The notes: generated from the letters alone by a model not told the origin. 64,000 bases of DNA from Desulfobacterales bacterium (GCA_963668645.2 CAXXWC010000021.1:736001-800000), one strand, 5' to 3'; positions 10,506-25,424 are shown, numbered from the stretch's first letter. Numbers and translations are program-made.

Positions 10506-10880
10506 TTACAAATACCCCCTGATCTCATCCACAAACGTTTCCGGGTTGATCGGCTTTTCAATATACCCCGTAGCCCCGGCTTGCAGGATCCGTTCGCGGT
10601 CGCCCACCATGGCGTAGGAGGTCACGGCGATGATGGGCACACCGTCCAACTGCGGGTGTCGCTTGAGTTCGGCCGCCACGGCGTAGCCGTCCATTTCCGG
10701 CAATTGGATATCGAGTAAAATAGCCTGCGGCTTGCTGCCCAGGGCCGCTTCGATGCCGAGGCGGCCGGTCTCGGCGCCAACGACCTGAAAGCCGTTTTTC
10801 TCCAACAGAAACCGCATCAGGTAAAAGTTCTGGGCATTGTCCTCGATGATCAGCAGATAATCGCCTTGATTCGGTCCCAT
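10506..10880 (-). CDS. Single-domain response regulator (DivK-like)
   Basis: LIIEDN...LLDIQLPEMDG...YIEKPI. Start MGPNQ follows an AAGGA RBS. Confidence 0.88.
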   Translation of the reverse strand: MGPNQGDYLLIIEDNAQNFYLMRFLLEKNGFQVVGAETGRLGIEAALGSKPQAILLDIQLPEMDGYAVAAELKRHPQLDGVPIIAVTSYAMVGDRERILQAGATGYIEKPINPETFVDEIRGYL

Positions 10881-10975
10881 GCTGTCTTTATTCCTTTCAG
10901 CTCGGCAATTGCTGGCAGTTGATTGGCGATGATGGATTGCGAAACGAAAAAACACCGATCACAAATCACCCATCC

Positions 10976-13105
10976 CTACCGCGGCATCCATACACTGAAG
11001 GTGCTCCCTTCGCCCAACTGGCTTTGCACCTCGATGCGTCCGCCCATCAGATCCACCAGCTTTTTGCAGATCGAAAGCCCGAGCCCCGTGCCCTCGTGCT
11101 TGCGTGTAAGGCCGGTGTCAATCTGGTGAAACGGCTGAAAAAGGCCGCCGATCTCTTCCGGTGGTATCCCGATCCCCGTGTCCGACACCGCCACCAGGTA
11201 TCCGTCCCCGTCGGTCCGGCAAGACACTCGCACCTTTCCCTGCTCGGTGAACTTGACCGCGTTGTTGATCAGATTGACCAGAACCTGTTCCAACCGGCGC
11301 TGATCCGCATTGATGGCACCCACCGCATCGCCGACCTCCAGCTTCAGGTCGAGGCCTTTCTTTTCGGCCAGCGGCGCGACCATTTTAACCGTTTTTTCCA
11401 CGGCGTGGCGCAGTTGGAAATCCGTCGGCCCCAGCGCCAACTGGCCGGCTTCGATCTTTGAAATGTCCAGCACGTCGTTGATCAGGGCCAGCAGGTGGCG
11501 TGAGCTGTTTTGCACCATGCGCATCTGCTTTTGCTGCTCATCGTTGAGGGGACCGGCCAGCCCCTGGAGCAGTATCCCGGTAAATCCGATGATCGAGTTG
11601 AGCGGGGTGCGTAGCTCGTGGCTCATGGTGGCCAGGAAAGCCGATTTGAGCCTGTCGGCCGACTCGGCCCGTTCCTTGGCCGTGGCCAGCTCGGCGGTGC
11701 GCAGGGCCACGCGCTGTTCGAGAATCTCCGCTTCGCGGCGCAATTCCTGATTGAGCCGGCGGATCTCCTCATCGGCATGGACGCGGTCGGTGATGTCGGA
11801 TCCGATGCTCAAAATTTCCTGAACCTCTCCATTCGCATCGCGCACCATCCTGTTGCGCCAGTCGATCCAGACACGTTCGCCGCTGCGCCGGATGTTTTCG
11901 TTGACGTTGCTTTCTAACTTTTGCGGATCGGCGAAAATTTCCTCCAGCAACGCGCTCAGGTCATTGCCGAAACTATCCTTTTCCGGAATGATGGTATCGT
12001 TCAGACGGCGGCCGAGAATCTCGGCCTCGGAGTAGCCGAAAAACTTGCGGCCGAACTCGTTGAGAAAGGTGATCCGCCCGTCGCGCGAAAAGCGCAAAAT
12101 GATACTGTTGGCCAGCATCACCAGCTCGCGATATTTTTGTTCACTGGCCTGCAAGGTGCAGTTCAACGTCTCCAGCTCTCGAGTGCGTTGATTGACCCTG
12201 GATTTCAGGATAAAGCTTCCCCCCACACTCAACAGCAGCGCCAGTCCCACCACCAGACCGACGATTTGGATCCAAACCGGCAGGACAAATTCCACTTTCT
12301 CTGAAGTCCAGCGTTTCAGCGATCGGTAATAGATCGAACCCGGATCCTGCTTGAGAACGGCCAGGCGCCGGTCGATGGCGGCCAGCAGGGACGCGCCGCG
12401 GCCCTTGGGCGCGGCAAAATAGAGGTTGGAGGGATTGAAGATCACCGCCGTGTCCGCCAGATTGTATTGTTTGGCGTGCATCATCCCGAAAAACCGGTTG
12501 GTGATGGCCGCGTCGGCTTCCCCGTCGGCCACCTTGGCGAAACAATTCCGGTAGTCCGGCAAGCCGATGAGGGTCGCGTTCAGACCGAAACCGTTCGCCA
12601 GGCGCTCAAAGGCCTCCTGCTGCACCGAACGTTCCAGCACCACGATGCGTTTGCCGGCCAGGTCGAGGATGGAATGAATCCTGCTGCCTTTGCGCGCATA
12701 GACCTGAAACCAGGAAGAAAGAACCGGCACCTTGTGAAAATCGAAGATCTTTTCGCGGTCCGCCGAATGGGCCACGTCAGGCATCAGATCGATGTCCCCG
12801 CGTTCGAGCCGGTCCAGCCCCTCGCCCCAGGTGCCGGTAACATAGCGCAGATGCCACCCTTCGCTCTTGGCGATCTCTTCGATCACATCCACGAACACGC
12901 CGGCGGGTCGACCCGTTGCGTCGACAAACACCTTGGGCGCGTTTTCGTAAATGCCCACCGCGACGTCCCCTTCGGCGCCCGCGGCAAGGGGGCTCCCGGT
13001 TGCCAGGACGAGCGCCAGGAGAAGCAGGCGCCAGCGCCAAACCGATCCACCGAAACTCGCAAACCGTTGGTCGAGCATCCACGACCTCCTTGTCGTCCGA
13101 AACAC
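10976..13105 (-). CDS. Sensor histidine kinase with periplasmic binding-protein domain and PAS
   Basis: Signal/TM, amino-acid-binding-protein-like domain, TM, PAS, H-box FLATMSHELRTPL, HATPase. True start may lie a few codons downstream. Confidence 0.9.
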   Translation of the reverse strand: MFRTTRRSWMLDQRFASFGGSVWRWRLLLLALVLATGSPLAAGAEGDVAVGIYENAPKVFVDATGRPAGVFVDVIEEIAKSEGWHLRYVTGTWGEGLDRLERGDIDLMPDVAHSADREKIFDFHKVPVLSSWFQVYARKGSRIHSILDLAGKRIVVLERSVQQEAFERLANGFGLNATLIGLPDYRNCFAKVADGEADAAITNRFFGMMHAKQYNLADTAVIFNPSNLYFAAPKGRGASLLAAIDRRLAVLKQDPGSIYYRSLKRWTSEKVEFVLPVWIQIVGLVVGLALLLSVGGSFILKSRVNQRTRELETLNCTLQASEQKYRELVMLANSIILRFSRDGRITFLNEFGRKFFGYSEAEILGRRLNDTIIPEKDSFGNDLSALLEEIFADPQKLESNVNENIRRSGERVWIDWRNRMVRDANGEVQEILSIGSDITDRVHADEEIRRLNQELRREAEILEQRVALRTAELATAKERAESADRLKSAFLATMSHELRTPLNSIIGFTGILLQGLAGPLNDEQQKQMRMVQNSSRHLLALINDVLDISKIEAGQLALGPTDFQLRHAVEKTVKMVAPLAEKKGLDLKLEVGDAVGAINADQRRLEQVLVNLINNAVKFTEQGKVRVSCRTDGDGYLVAVSDTGIGIPPEEIGGLFQPFHQIDTGLTRKHEGTGLGLSICKKLVDLMGGRIEVQSQLGEGSTFSVWMPR

Positions 13106-13132
13106 AGGATTGAAATCGTCAGGTGGTATGAT

Positions 13133-14068
13133 TCAGGTGCAATCTCCTTCAGAGTCGACCGAGAAAACCCGATTGCGGCCAGCTGCCTTGGCCGCATAAA
13201 GGGCCTGGTCGGCCCTGCGCAGAAAAGCTTCAACAGCTTCACCGGAATCTTGCGGCTTCGTGCCCAGTTCGGTCAGCCCGAAACTGGCCGTTACCGGAAT
13301 CTGACTATCCTGATAGCGGATAGGGGCTGCGGCAATACCGGCGCGAATCCTTTCGGCCAGTCGGACTGCCCCTTTCAGATCCGTTTCAGGCAAAACCAGC
13401 AAAAACTCCTCTCCGCCGAATCGCACCACCCAGTCCAGATGGCCGCGAACGGACCGATTCAGTGTCTGGCCGAATTCCGCCAGCACGGCGTCTCCGGCCA
13501 GATGCCCCCAGGTGTCGTTGACCGTCTTGAAATGATCGATGTCGCAGAGCGCCGCTGTCAAGGGGCGTCCATAACGGCGGGCGCGTTCGATTTCCTCCGG
13601 CAGGCGCTGGGCCAGATATCCCCGGTTGCGGCAGCCAGTCAGGGCATCGGTCACCGCCAGGGCCCGGATCTCGTCGTTGGCTTCCCGCAACGATTTTTCC
13701 AGATTCAGGATCCGGATCCCGCTCTTGAGCCGGGCGATGAGTTCGGCATGATGAAAGGGCTTGCTCAGGTAATCGTCCGCTCCGGCCTCGAGCCCGGCGA
13801 TGATGTCTTCTCTGTGATCCCTGGAAGTCAGCATGATGATAAAGACGTATCCCCCGCCCCGCCTGGAGCGCAGGACACGGCAAAGTTGGGGACCGTCCAT
13901 TTCAGGCATCATCCAGTCGGTAATCACCATCCGGATCTCATGACGTTCAATGGCGTCGAGGGCCGCCCGGCCGTCCGTCACCGCCTGAACCGTATGACCG
14001 CACTTTTCCAGCATGTTCTTGAGCAGACGACGGGTGATGCTGTCGTCGTCGGCAATCAGAATCTCCAT
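13133..14068 (-). CDS. Response regulator diguanylate cyclase (REC-GGDEF)
   Basis: Receiver, then DALTG, DIDHFK and RFGGEEF. Confidence 0.93.
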   Translation of the reverse strand: MEILIADDDSITRRLLKNMLEKCGHTVQAVTDGRAALDAIERHEIRMVITDWMMPEMDGPQLCRVLRSRRGGGYVFIIMLTSRDHREDIIAGLEAGADDYLSKPFHHAELIARLKSGIRILNLEKSLREANDEIRALAVTDALTGCRNRGYLAQRLPEEIERARRYGRPLTAALCDIDHFKTVNDTWGHLAGDAVLAEFGQTLNRSVRGHLDWVVRFGGEEFLLVLPETDLKGAVRLAERIRAGIAAAPIRYQDSQIPVTASFGLTELGTKPQDSGEAVEAFLRRADQALYAAKAAGRNRVFSVDSEGDCT

Positions 14069-14173
14069 GGTTCCTCCGCCTTGCGAAACCGGATATATGG
14101 AGGACTTGATGACAAGCCTGCAGAACCCCTCAGGGGTTGACTTCGCCGGTGTCCCATCATCGTAAATACGCCT

Positions 14174-18296
<4,123 letters not shown>

Positions 18297-18449
18297 GGCA
18301 TACTCCCCGCCAGACTGTTGATTTTGACCTTGTAGACCCCAGCGCTGGATTGCGCCGGGTCTGCTGCCCGGCATTCCGGAAGGAAAGATAGCTTCATTGG
18401 AACGGATGCCCCGAAAATGGCAACTGCGCTTCTAAACGGGTCAAGCCGT

Positions 18450-20657
18450 TCAAGAACGTTTCAGGAATCGCCCTACCCTGGCCAGCAAGCGTTTGGGGTT
18501 GACCGGTTTGGTCAGGTAATCGTCGGCTCCGGCTTCCATGACCTCAACTTCGGCCTCCACTTCTTTTCTGGCCGTGAGCATGATGATCGGGATATAGCGG
18601 GTGACAAGTTGAGATTTGAGTTGCCTGACAAGCTCGATACCGTTCATTCTGGGCATTACCAGATCCGTAATGATCAGGTCAGGACGCTCCCGCCGCGCCT
18701 CTTCCAGGGCTTCCTGCCCATCGGCGGCGGTGATGACCCGGTAGTTTTCACTCTCCAGAATATTGGACAGAACCTTGATTACGATTTCACTGTCATCGGC
18801 CAGCAAAATCATTTTGGGCCGAACGCTGGCCACCGAGACCGGCTCCCCGGCGGAAAAAATCTCATCGGCCGGCAGTTCTAGGACCGGCTTCTGGATAAAC
18901 GTATCGGTCCCGGCCTGGGCATCCGGCGGGGCGACCCGAAACACCTCGGCCAGAGTGGTCAATCCGGCCAGCGCCTTTTGAATCCCATCAGCCGCCAGGG
19001 GGCGGTAGCCTTCACGTTCGGCAGCCTTGCGAACGGCAATGTCCGATACCCGCCCGACAATCACCGACTTTAGCGATGGGGTCATGCGCAACACCTCGAA
19101 CAGCCCCATCCGGCCCTTGTAACCGCTGTACTGGCAGGTATCACACCCTTTGCCCTTGTAAAAAACAGGCTCCAGGCCTTCGGGGATGTAATCCCGTATC
19201 TGGCGCATCAATTGCGGGCTGACCGGATCCTGGACCTTGCAGTCAGGGCAGATCTTGCGTACCAGGCGCTGGCCAATGACGGCCAGCAGACTTCCGTTGA
19301 TGAGAAAATCCTCGATCCCCAGATCCAAAAGGCGCACCACGGTGGACGGCGCATCGTTGGTGTGCAGGGTTGAGAGCACGAGATGCCCTGTCTGGGCGGC
19401 CTGAAAAGCGATGCGGGCCGTCTCGGTATCCCGGATCTCGCCGACCATGACGATGTCCGGGTCCTGGCGCAAAATGGAGCGCAGTCCGGCGGCGAATGTG
19501 ATGCCGGCCTTGGTGTTGATCTGCACCTGGTTGATCCCGTCGATGTCGAATTCCACCGGATCCTCGACGGTGATGATGTTCACCTCGGGTGAGTTCAGAC
19601 GGTTGAGACAGGCATAAAGGGTGCTTGATTTGCCGCTTCCGGTGGGACCGGTCACCAAAAAAATACCCTGAGGCCGCCGGATCGCCTCTACAACCGCCTG
19701 AAAGTCCCCATCGGTAAAGCCGAGTTCCTTCAGTTGGACCTTGCCGGAATCCGAATCGAGAAGGCGGATGGTCACTTTCTCGCCGTAGGAGGTGGGAATG
19801 GTGGAAACCCGCAGGTCATAAGGCTTCTGGTTGAATCGAACCCGGGCCCGGCCGTCCTGGGGTGCGCGCCGGATGGAAATGTCCATCCCGGCCATGATCT
19901 TGATCCGTGAAACCAGCGAAGCGTGGACATGCCGATCGGTCTTGAGGATTTCGCTCATCAGGCCATCGATGCGGTAACGCACAATCACGAAGGCCTTTTG
20001 CGGTTCGATGTGAACATCGCTGGCCCGCAGCTTGATGGCATCGGACAGAATGGCGTTGGCAAACCGGACCACGGGGGGCTGCTTGGTCAGCTTGAGCAGT
20101 TCCTGTTCGTCTTTTTCTTCGGCTTGGGTGGCCGGCACCACCTCGATATGCTCCGCAATGCCCGCTCCGTTGCCGAAGTCACGTTCCAGGTCACGCTTGG
20201 GGTAGCAGCGTTCCAGGGCGGTCATCATCTCCTTTTCCGGTGCCACCGCCACCACGATATCCAGGCCGGTGGCAAATCTCAGATCATCGATGGCATGAAA
20301 CTCCAAAGGGTTGACCAGGGCCACGGTGAGCTGCCGGTTTTCCAGTGCCACGGGCATGAGCAGATAGTGTTCGGCCATTTCCGCAGAAACCAGATCCAGT
20401 GCCTCCTGGGAAACCGAAATCCCATCCGGGCGCACCAGGGGAATCCGAAGTTGTTGGGACAGGGCCCGGGCAATGGCCAGGTCGTCGGCCGCTCCCATTT
20501 CCATCAGGATCTGTCCGATACGGCGGTTCTGAACCTTCTGGGCCTTTATGGCCTCGGCAAGAGTTTTTTGATCGATCAACCCTGCATCGACCAGCAGTTC
20601 GCCCAACCGTTTGCGCTTCTTGATCGGCTCTTGAGGGCTGCCGGCTTCAGTCATCAT
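18450..20657 (-). CDS. GspE/PilB family secretion ATPase with N-terminal MshEN and C-terminal receiver
   Basis: RLGELLVDAGLI...RIGQILMEMG, Walker A GPTGSGKS, LRQDPDIVMVGEIRD, TGHLVLSTLH, CPDC/CDTC Zn motif, C-terminal LLADD...TDLVMP...KP. Confidence 0.92.
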   Translation of the reverse strand: MMTEAGSPQEPIKKRKRLGELLVDAGLIDQKTLAEAIKAQKVQNRRIGQILMEMGAADDLAIARALSQQLRIPLVRPDGISVSQEALDLVSAEMAEHYLLMPVALENRQLTVALVNPLEFHAIDDLRFATGLDIVVAVAPEKEMMTALERCYPKRDLERDFGNGAGIAEHIEVVPATQAEEKDEQELLKLTKQPPVVRFANAILSDAIKLRASDVHIEPQKAFVIVRYRIDGLMSEILKTDRHVHASLVSRIKIMAGMDISIRRAPQDGRARVRFNQKPYDLRVSTIPTSYGEKVTIRLLDSDSGKVQLKELGFTDGDFQAVVEAIRRPQGIFLVTGPTGSGKSSTLYACLNRLNSPEVNIITVEDPVEFDIDGINQVQINTKAGITFAAGLRSILRQDPDIVMVGEIRDTETARIAFQAAQTGHLVLSTLHTNDAPSTVVRLLDLGIEDFLINGSLLAVIGQRLVRKICPDCKVQDPVSPQLMRQIRDYIPEGLEPVFYKGKGCDTCQYSGYKGRMGLFEVLRMTPSLKSVIVGRVSDIAVRKAAEREGYRPLAADGIQKALAGLTTLAEVFRVAPPDAQAGTDTFIQKPVLELPADEIFSAGEPVSVASVRPKMILLADDSEIVIKVLSNILESENYRVITAADGQEALEEARRERPDLIITDLVMPRMNGIELVRQLKSQLVTRYIPIIMLTARKEVEAEVEVMEAGADDYLTKPVNPKRLLARVGRFLKRS

Positions 20658-20686
20658 TGCTCCCTGTTTTTGTATATCGACACCGA

Positions 20687-22153
20687 CTAAATGCGGGTCT
20701 CCCATTCCACCCTAAAGACCGGTTTGACCGTGGCCACACCCTTGAATTGCACATCGCCCACAAACTTGCAGTTGATCTCAGAGTCAATCTGATCCCGGGC
20801 CGTCTGCCCCACCAGAATCTCTCCGGGCAAGGCATGGCTGCAAAGACGGCGGGCCAGGTTGACCGCGTCGCCGATCACGGTGTATTCGGCACGCTGGTGT
20901 GAACCGACACTGCCGACCACCACCGTACCGGTATTGATCCCGATGCCCAGGCCGACGCTCTTGAAGCGCGGCTCCTGGCGGCTGAAGCGATCCCTTATGG
21001 CCGCAAAAAAAGTCATCATTTCCAGGGCAGTCTCCAGGGCGCTGCGCGAGACATTCTCCAAAGGCTCCGGAGCACCGAAAAAAACCATGACCTCGTCTCC
21101 CATGAACTTGTCCAGAACCCCATCATTGTCCGCCACCGCCCGGGCCATCCGTTCGTAAAATGCATCCAGAAAGGTCATCATCTGCTCGGGTGCCAATTCG
21201 GCGGTCAACTCCGAAAATCCCCGAATATCGGCGAACAGAGTACTGATGGTTTGTTTGTCCCTCAGGGAACCCGGATCGGCCAGGTAGGAAGTCTTTTGAA
21301 TCAGCTCGTGGACCACCCGAGGCGAATGCAGCCGTTCGACCACCGTCTTGAGCCGCAGCTGTTCCTCGCGGCGGCGCAGAAGAAGGGCGTTACTGATGGC
21401 GCTGGAGACGTTGTTGGCGAATATCGAAATCAGCTGCAGGTCGTTGTCGGTAAAACCCAGGCGGCGGCCAATCAGGTTGACGTTAAGTACGCCGAGACAG
21501 CGCTTGCCGATCTTGAGCGGCACACACATGGCTGAGCTGACTTCACGCTGGCCGATGCGAAACCCCGGGAAGGCGCCCGGGTCGACCTGGCCTTGGAGCA
21601 ACAGCGGCTCGCCATTTGCCACCACCCATCCGGCCACGCCTTCGCCCAGTGGTACGAGCGCGTCTTTGGTCTTTTCCGGCGCCCGCCCGTCCACGGCGAT
21701 AGTCTTGATCGCCTGGCCCGAGCCATTGATGAGCATAATGGAAACCCGGTCGGCATTAAAGGCCCGGCGCACTGCGCGGGCGATGGTTTTGAGCACCGAT
21801 CCCAAATGCCGTTTGATGTTGATGTTGGAACTGACATCCAGCAAAGCTTTTAGGATATTGACATTGCGGCTCAATTCTCCGGACGCCACCTGTTCCTGAA
21901 ATAACTGTTTGGTCGTGTTGAGCAACTGACGCTGTTGGATGATAAGATAGGCACTGAACAACAACACCAAAATACCCAAAAACATCGGAAACATCATGGC
22001 CGGGGTATACCCGTCTGTATCCGGAGTCGTAAACTCTATCACCCCAAGCACCTGCATGCCGACCAGAGACAGGGTCAGATAGAGGATGACGGCGATGGCC
22101 AGCAGGACAAGATTCCAGATCCGCCTTTCAATTCCGGCAATATCCTTTTTCAT
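20687..22153 (-). CDS. Membrane class III adenylate/guanylate cyclase (2TM-GAF-CHD)
   Basis: FADIRGF, DKFMGD, YTVIGDAVNLARRL motifs, a GAF domain and two N-terminal TMs. Start uncertain. Confidence 0.9.
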   Translation of the reverse strand: MKKDIAGIERRIWNLVLLAIAVILYLTLSLVGMQVLGVIEFTTPDTDGYTPAMMFPMFLGILVLLFSAYLIIQQRQLLNTTKQLFQEQVASGELSRNVNILKALLDVSSNINIKRHLGSVLKTIARAVRRAFNADRVSIMLINGSGQAIKTIAVDGRAPEKTKDALVPLGEGVAGWVVANGEPLLLQGQVDPGAFPGFRIGQREVSSAMCVPLKIGKRCLGVLNVNLIGRRLGFTDNDLQLISIFANNVSSAISNALLLRRREEQLRLKTVVERLHSPRVVHELIQKTSYLADPGSLRDKQTISTLFADIRGFSELTAELAPEQMMTFLDAFYERMARAVADNDGVLDKFMGDEVMVFFGAPEPLENVSRSALETALEMMTFFAAIRDRFSRQEPRFKSVGLGIGINTGTVVVGSVGSHQRAEYTVIGDAVNLARRLCSHALPGEILVGQTARDQIDSEINCKFVGDVQFKGVATVKPVFRVEWETRI

Positions 22154-22440
22154 GCCAGCAACTGTACCAGGGGCCGACTTTATGCTCTGATTCGTGTTTT
22201 TTGCATTATTTTTGCGGGAAAAAATGAGAGGAAAACGTTTTCCTTCCCAGTTTTTCTTCAGGGTGGACCAAAAGTACATCTTTCTTCTCCAAGTTGATAG
22301 TCGGCACCAGAGCAGGCTACAACCCGCCGACATCACTTAAAGAGGAAGACGGGCTCACCTTGACTGCCAAGTCACCATGCGGGTCGCTTGCGGTTTATAA
22401 TAGGACGGCTGAGGGGGATTTGGGAAGAAATAAAATAAAA

Positions 22441-24444
22441 TCAAACGGAAATCGCCCCGAATAATACCCTCTCCAGTTCACCCAAGGCTTTCAGGCCCTG
22501 AATGGTATCCGGGAACTGGGGAACGATCGTAAGCGTCGTGGCGGGAAAGCGGGTCGTGATCTCTTTTAAATGGCCTTCCTGAATGCTGCGGGTGGCATGG
22601 CACAAAGCACAAGGCGAGTCTGGAACGATCCGGTTGACGATCGTACGGGTACACGGGATACGGATCTCTTCGAGGGCCTGCATCAAATCGGCCAGTTCTT
22701 CTAGCGACATCCGTTCGGCCAGGGTGACGGCCACGAAAGCGGTCTTCAGGGGGTTTTTCAGGGTTTCCTGGATGCGCCGGATCCCTTTTGCCAGGTTCAC
22801 TGCTTTTTGCGCCATCCGGGCCATCCGCACCGTCCCCTTGTATCGCATCAAGAGACGAAAAAACGTCTGCAGCCACTGTCGCGCCAGATCCGGAAGCTGA
22901 AGAAAACGCAACAGATGCCCGGTGGGCGAAGTATCCAGTACGAGGATATCGAAATCACCGCCGGCCTTAAGGTCCATGATGGTGTCCAGGGCCATGATCT
23001 CGTCCAGCCCCGGCGGGGCGAAATCGATAAGGCTGTTCATAACCGCCTGGTCCAGGCGCGCACTCAAACCGCTTTTTACAAATCGATCGAAAACCTCCCG
23101 AACGTCCGATTCAAAATCTTCCTTCAGCTTTGTGAAAAGGCGATCCGAGTCGATTTCCAGGGCGAACAGATTGCCCCCGTCAACAGCGCTGATTTGGTTG
23201 CCGATGGGAATACCGAAAGCGTCGGTCAGGGAATGGGCCGGATCGGTGGAAAATACCAGGACTTTGCTGGACGGGTGGGTTCGCGCCAGGTGCAACGCGA
23301 TGGCCGCAGCCACCGAGGTCTTGCCGACCCCGCCCTTGCCCCCCACAAGAATCAGCTCCGGGTTTTCCTGCAAGGTCAAAGGAGTGGAAACCGCAGCGCC
23401 ATCGTCGTCCGGCCCGGCAGCCACGTCGACAGATGGCGCCGTGCCCTCCCACAGGACGCGACGCAATTCCAGCAATCCGCAAATTCCTCTGATTTCACCC
23501 GGAAAAAGAAAAACCGGGATCGTCTCGCAGGGAGCTGTGGCCTTTTCCAGCATCCGCATGCAGACGGCCTGCTGCGCGGCTCGCGAACGGCAAAAGCCAC
23601 AGTCCGTCTCCGGGATCACCCGGTTGACCCAAATCTGATCGACCGGAACGGACAGGTTTCTAAGCTGTACCACCAGTCTTTGAGTCTCCTCGATGGCCAT
23701 CGGTTCAGGGATGGTCACGGGCACGAAGCGCGTTCTTTCGCCATCGGTCAGGAGCTTTCTGACAGCCGTCAAATCGGCGGAGAGGTTCTGGAGAAAAAGA
23801 TCGCATTCGTCTTTGACCGCCCGCTTGCGGGAAAAATGGGCTGCCATGACACGGTGCTTTTCCTGCATCAGGTCCAGGGCTTTGACCCACAGCAGCATCT
23901 GCTCGGGAAGTGCAAGCATCCGCAGGGTGTGCCCGGTCGGAGCAGTATCGACAACCAGCCGATCGTAGTCTTTTTCGCGCATCAGACGCCCGATTTCCAG
24001 AATCGCCATGACCTCGTCCATTCCCGGTATGGAAAGGTCCAGAAATTGGGCGATATCTCCCTCGTCGAAATAGGTTCCCCGGTCGGCCAGCTTTTTAAAA
24101 ATCTCCCGGTTCTGGGTGGTAAACGCCGCTGCCAGCCGGTCCGTATCCGGCTCCCAGGCATGCAGGCCGGCAAGATCGGAAGACCGGCCTCCGTTTTCGC
24201 AATCCGGCTCCGGGTCGGCGCGAACCGGCAAGGCCGGCGGCAGGCCGATCGGCACGATATGATCACCCACAGGCGAATCGAGGGCGTCGGCCAGGGAATG
24301 GGCCGGGTCGGTGGATATCAGCAGAATCTTTTGATCCGGATGGCAAAGGGCGAAGTGCACCGCTGTCACACAGGCCATGGTGGTTTTGCCGACACCGCCT
24401 TTACCGCCGAACAGGGTCAACCTTGGAAACGATAAACGATGCAT
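22441..24444 (-). CDS. ArsA/Get3-family ATPase, duplicated domain
   Basis: Two GKGGVGKT, STDPAHSL and DT(A/S)PTGH motif sets. CxxC (CGFC, CALC) near the end of each half. Confidence 0.9.
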   Translation of the reverse strand: MHRLSFPRLTLFGGKGGVGKTTMACVTAVHFALCHPDQKILLISTDPAHSLADALDSPVGDHIVPIGLPPALPVRADPEPDCENGGRSSDLAGLHAWEPDTDRLAAAFTTQNREIFKKLADRGTYFDEGDIAQFLDLSIPGMDEVMAILEIGRLMREKDYDRLVVDTAPTGHTLRMLALPEQMLLWVKALDLMQEKHRVMAAHFSRKRAVKDECDLFLQNLSADLTAVRKLLTDGERTRFVPVTIPEPMAIEETQRLVVQLRNLSVPVDQIWVNRVIPETDCGFCRSRAAQQAVCMRMLEKATAPCETIPVFLFPGEIRGICGLLELRRVLWEGTAPSVDVAAGPDDDGAAVSTPLTLQENPELILVGGKGGVGKTSVAAAIALHLARTHPSSKVLVFSTDPAHSLTDAFGIPIGNQISAVDGGNLFALEIDSDRLFTKLKEDFESDVREVFDRFVKSGLSARLDQAVMNSLIDFAPPGLDEIMALDTIMDLKAGGDFDILVLDTSPTGHLLRFLQLPDLARQWLQTFFRLLMRYKGTVRMARMAQKAVNLAKGIRRIQETLKNPLKTAFVAVTLAERMSLEELADLMQALEEIRIPCTRTIVNRIVPDSPCALCHATRSIQEGHLKEITTRFPATTLTIVPQFPDTIQGLKALGELERVLFGAISV

Positions 24445-24512
24445 CCGCTTTTTTCCTCCAAGTCATCGCGGGCCGGGGGGCCTTGATGATTCACGCTTCG
24501 GTTTGGCGAACT

Positions 24513-25418
24513 TCAGGCTTTGGACAGCGTGATCTCCAAAAGCCCGTTTTTGAGTCTCAGGCCAACCCCTTCGGGATCCACCGGTGCCGGCAGATGGACC
24601 CTGACGCGCATGGCCGCGCCGATCCGGTGGGAACGTACCGTCAGGTCATCCTCTTCCAGGTCCAGCCGGATATCCGAGATTTCCACCCCCCGAACCCCCA
24701 TGATGACCACGACGCGATCCCCCTCGTCGAAAATGTCCAAAAACCGCTCCGGGCTTCGGGTGCACCGGGTGGCCTTGCCCACCAGCCACCAGTGAAACCG
24801 CACCGGTTCCTGGGTCAGGGGGCAGACCTTGAACCGCTCGAAGACCACCAGAGGGCACCCCAGAATCTTTTCAGCCGCCGGGTTGATCGTCTCCCGGATG
24901 AGCCCCAACGTGTCGATAGGGTCCTCGGCGCCCGTCACCGCGGCCAATTCCCGGATCCCGGCATGGCGCCTCTCCCACAGGTACCAAAGCAGCTTGCGGC
25001 CATCGTGGTCCAGTCTCAGGGACAAGTCGCAGATGGTCTGTTCGTCGATTTCAAGCAGGGAGAGCTGGTAGATTTTTTCTTTCCAGAGTTTAAGCCCATT
25101 GACCACGAACGAGATGCTTGCCGGCCGATCGCTGCGCCGGAAAGAGACCTTAAGGGTTTCACGCACTTTGAGAATACAATAGTGCCGTTCCGGCCAGAGG
25201 CCCCGAATGGATGAAAGGACGACTTGGGCCAGAATCCGGGGGCGCAGATAAAAGATCAGCCGCTGATCGGTCAAAAAGCACTGAGCCGGCCGCCACCCTC
25301 TGTAAGGATGGCATCGAAAAGCACTTTGCCCCCTCAGCAAAAGCCGCTCATCCGCCTCAAAAAGCGGGACGGCATACCGGTCCACCGGCATGGTACTCTT
25401 GGGATAACTGATGCGCAT
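24513..25418 (-). CDS. GRAM/PH-like + Hsp20-like domain protein
   Basis: N-terminal FLTDQRLIF motif. C-terminal alpha-crystallin-like DIFDEGDRVVV...KNGLLEITL. Confidence 0.65.
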   Translation of the reverse strand: MRISYPKSTMPVDRYAVPLFEADERLLLRGQSAFRCHPYRGWRPAQCFLTDQRLIFYLRPRILAQVVLSSIRGLWPERHYCILKVRETLKVSFRRSDRPASISFVVNGLKLWKEKIYQLSLLEIDEQTICDLSLRLDHDGRKLLWYLWERRHAGIRELAAVTGAEDPIDTLGLIRETINPAAEKILGCPLVVFERFKVCPLTQEPVRFHWWLVGKATRCTRSPERFLDIFDEGDRVVVIMGVRGVEISDIRLDLEEDDLTVRSHRIGAAMRVRVHLPAPVDPEGVGLRLKNGLLEITLSKA

Positions 25419-25424
25419 GTCCGC

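Noticed and set aside
22441..24444. Arsenic resistance locus
   Set aside because: No arsB/acr3/arsC/arsD/arsR nearby; the context is gas vesicle genes.
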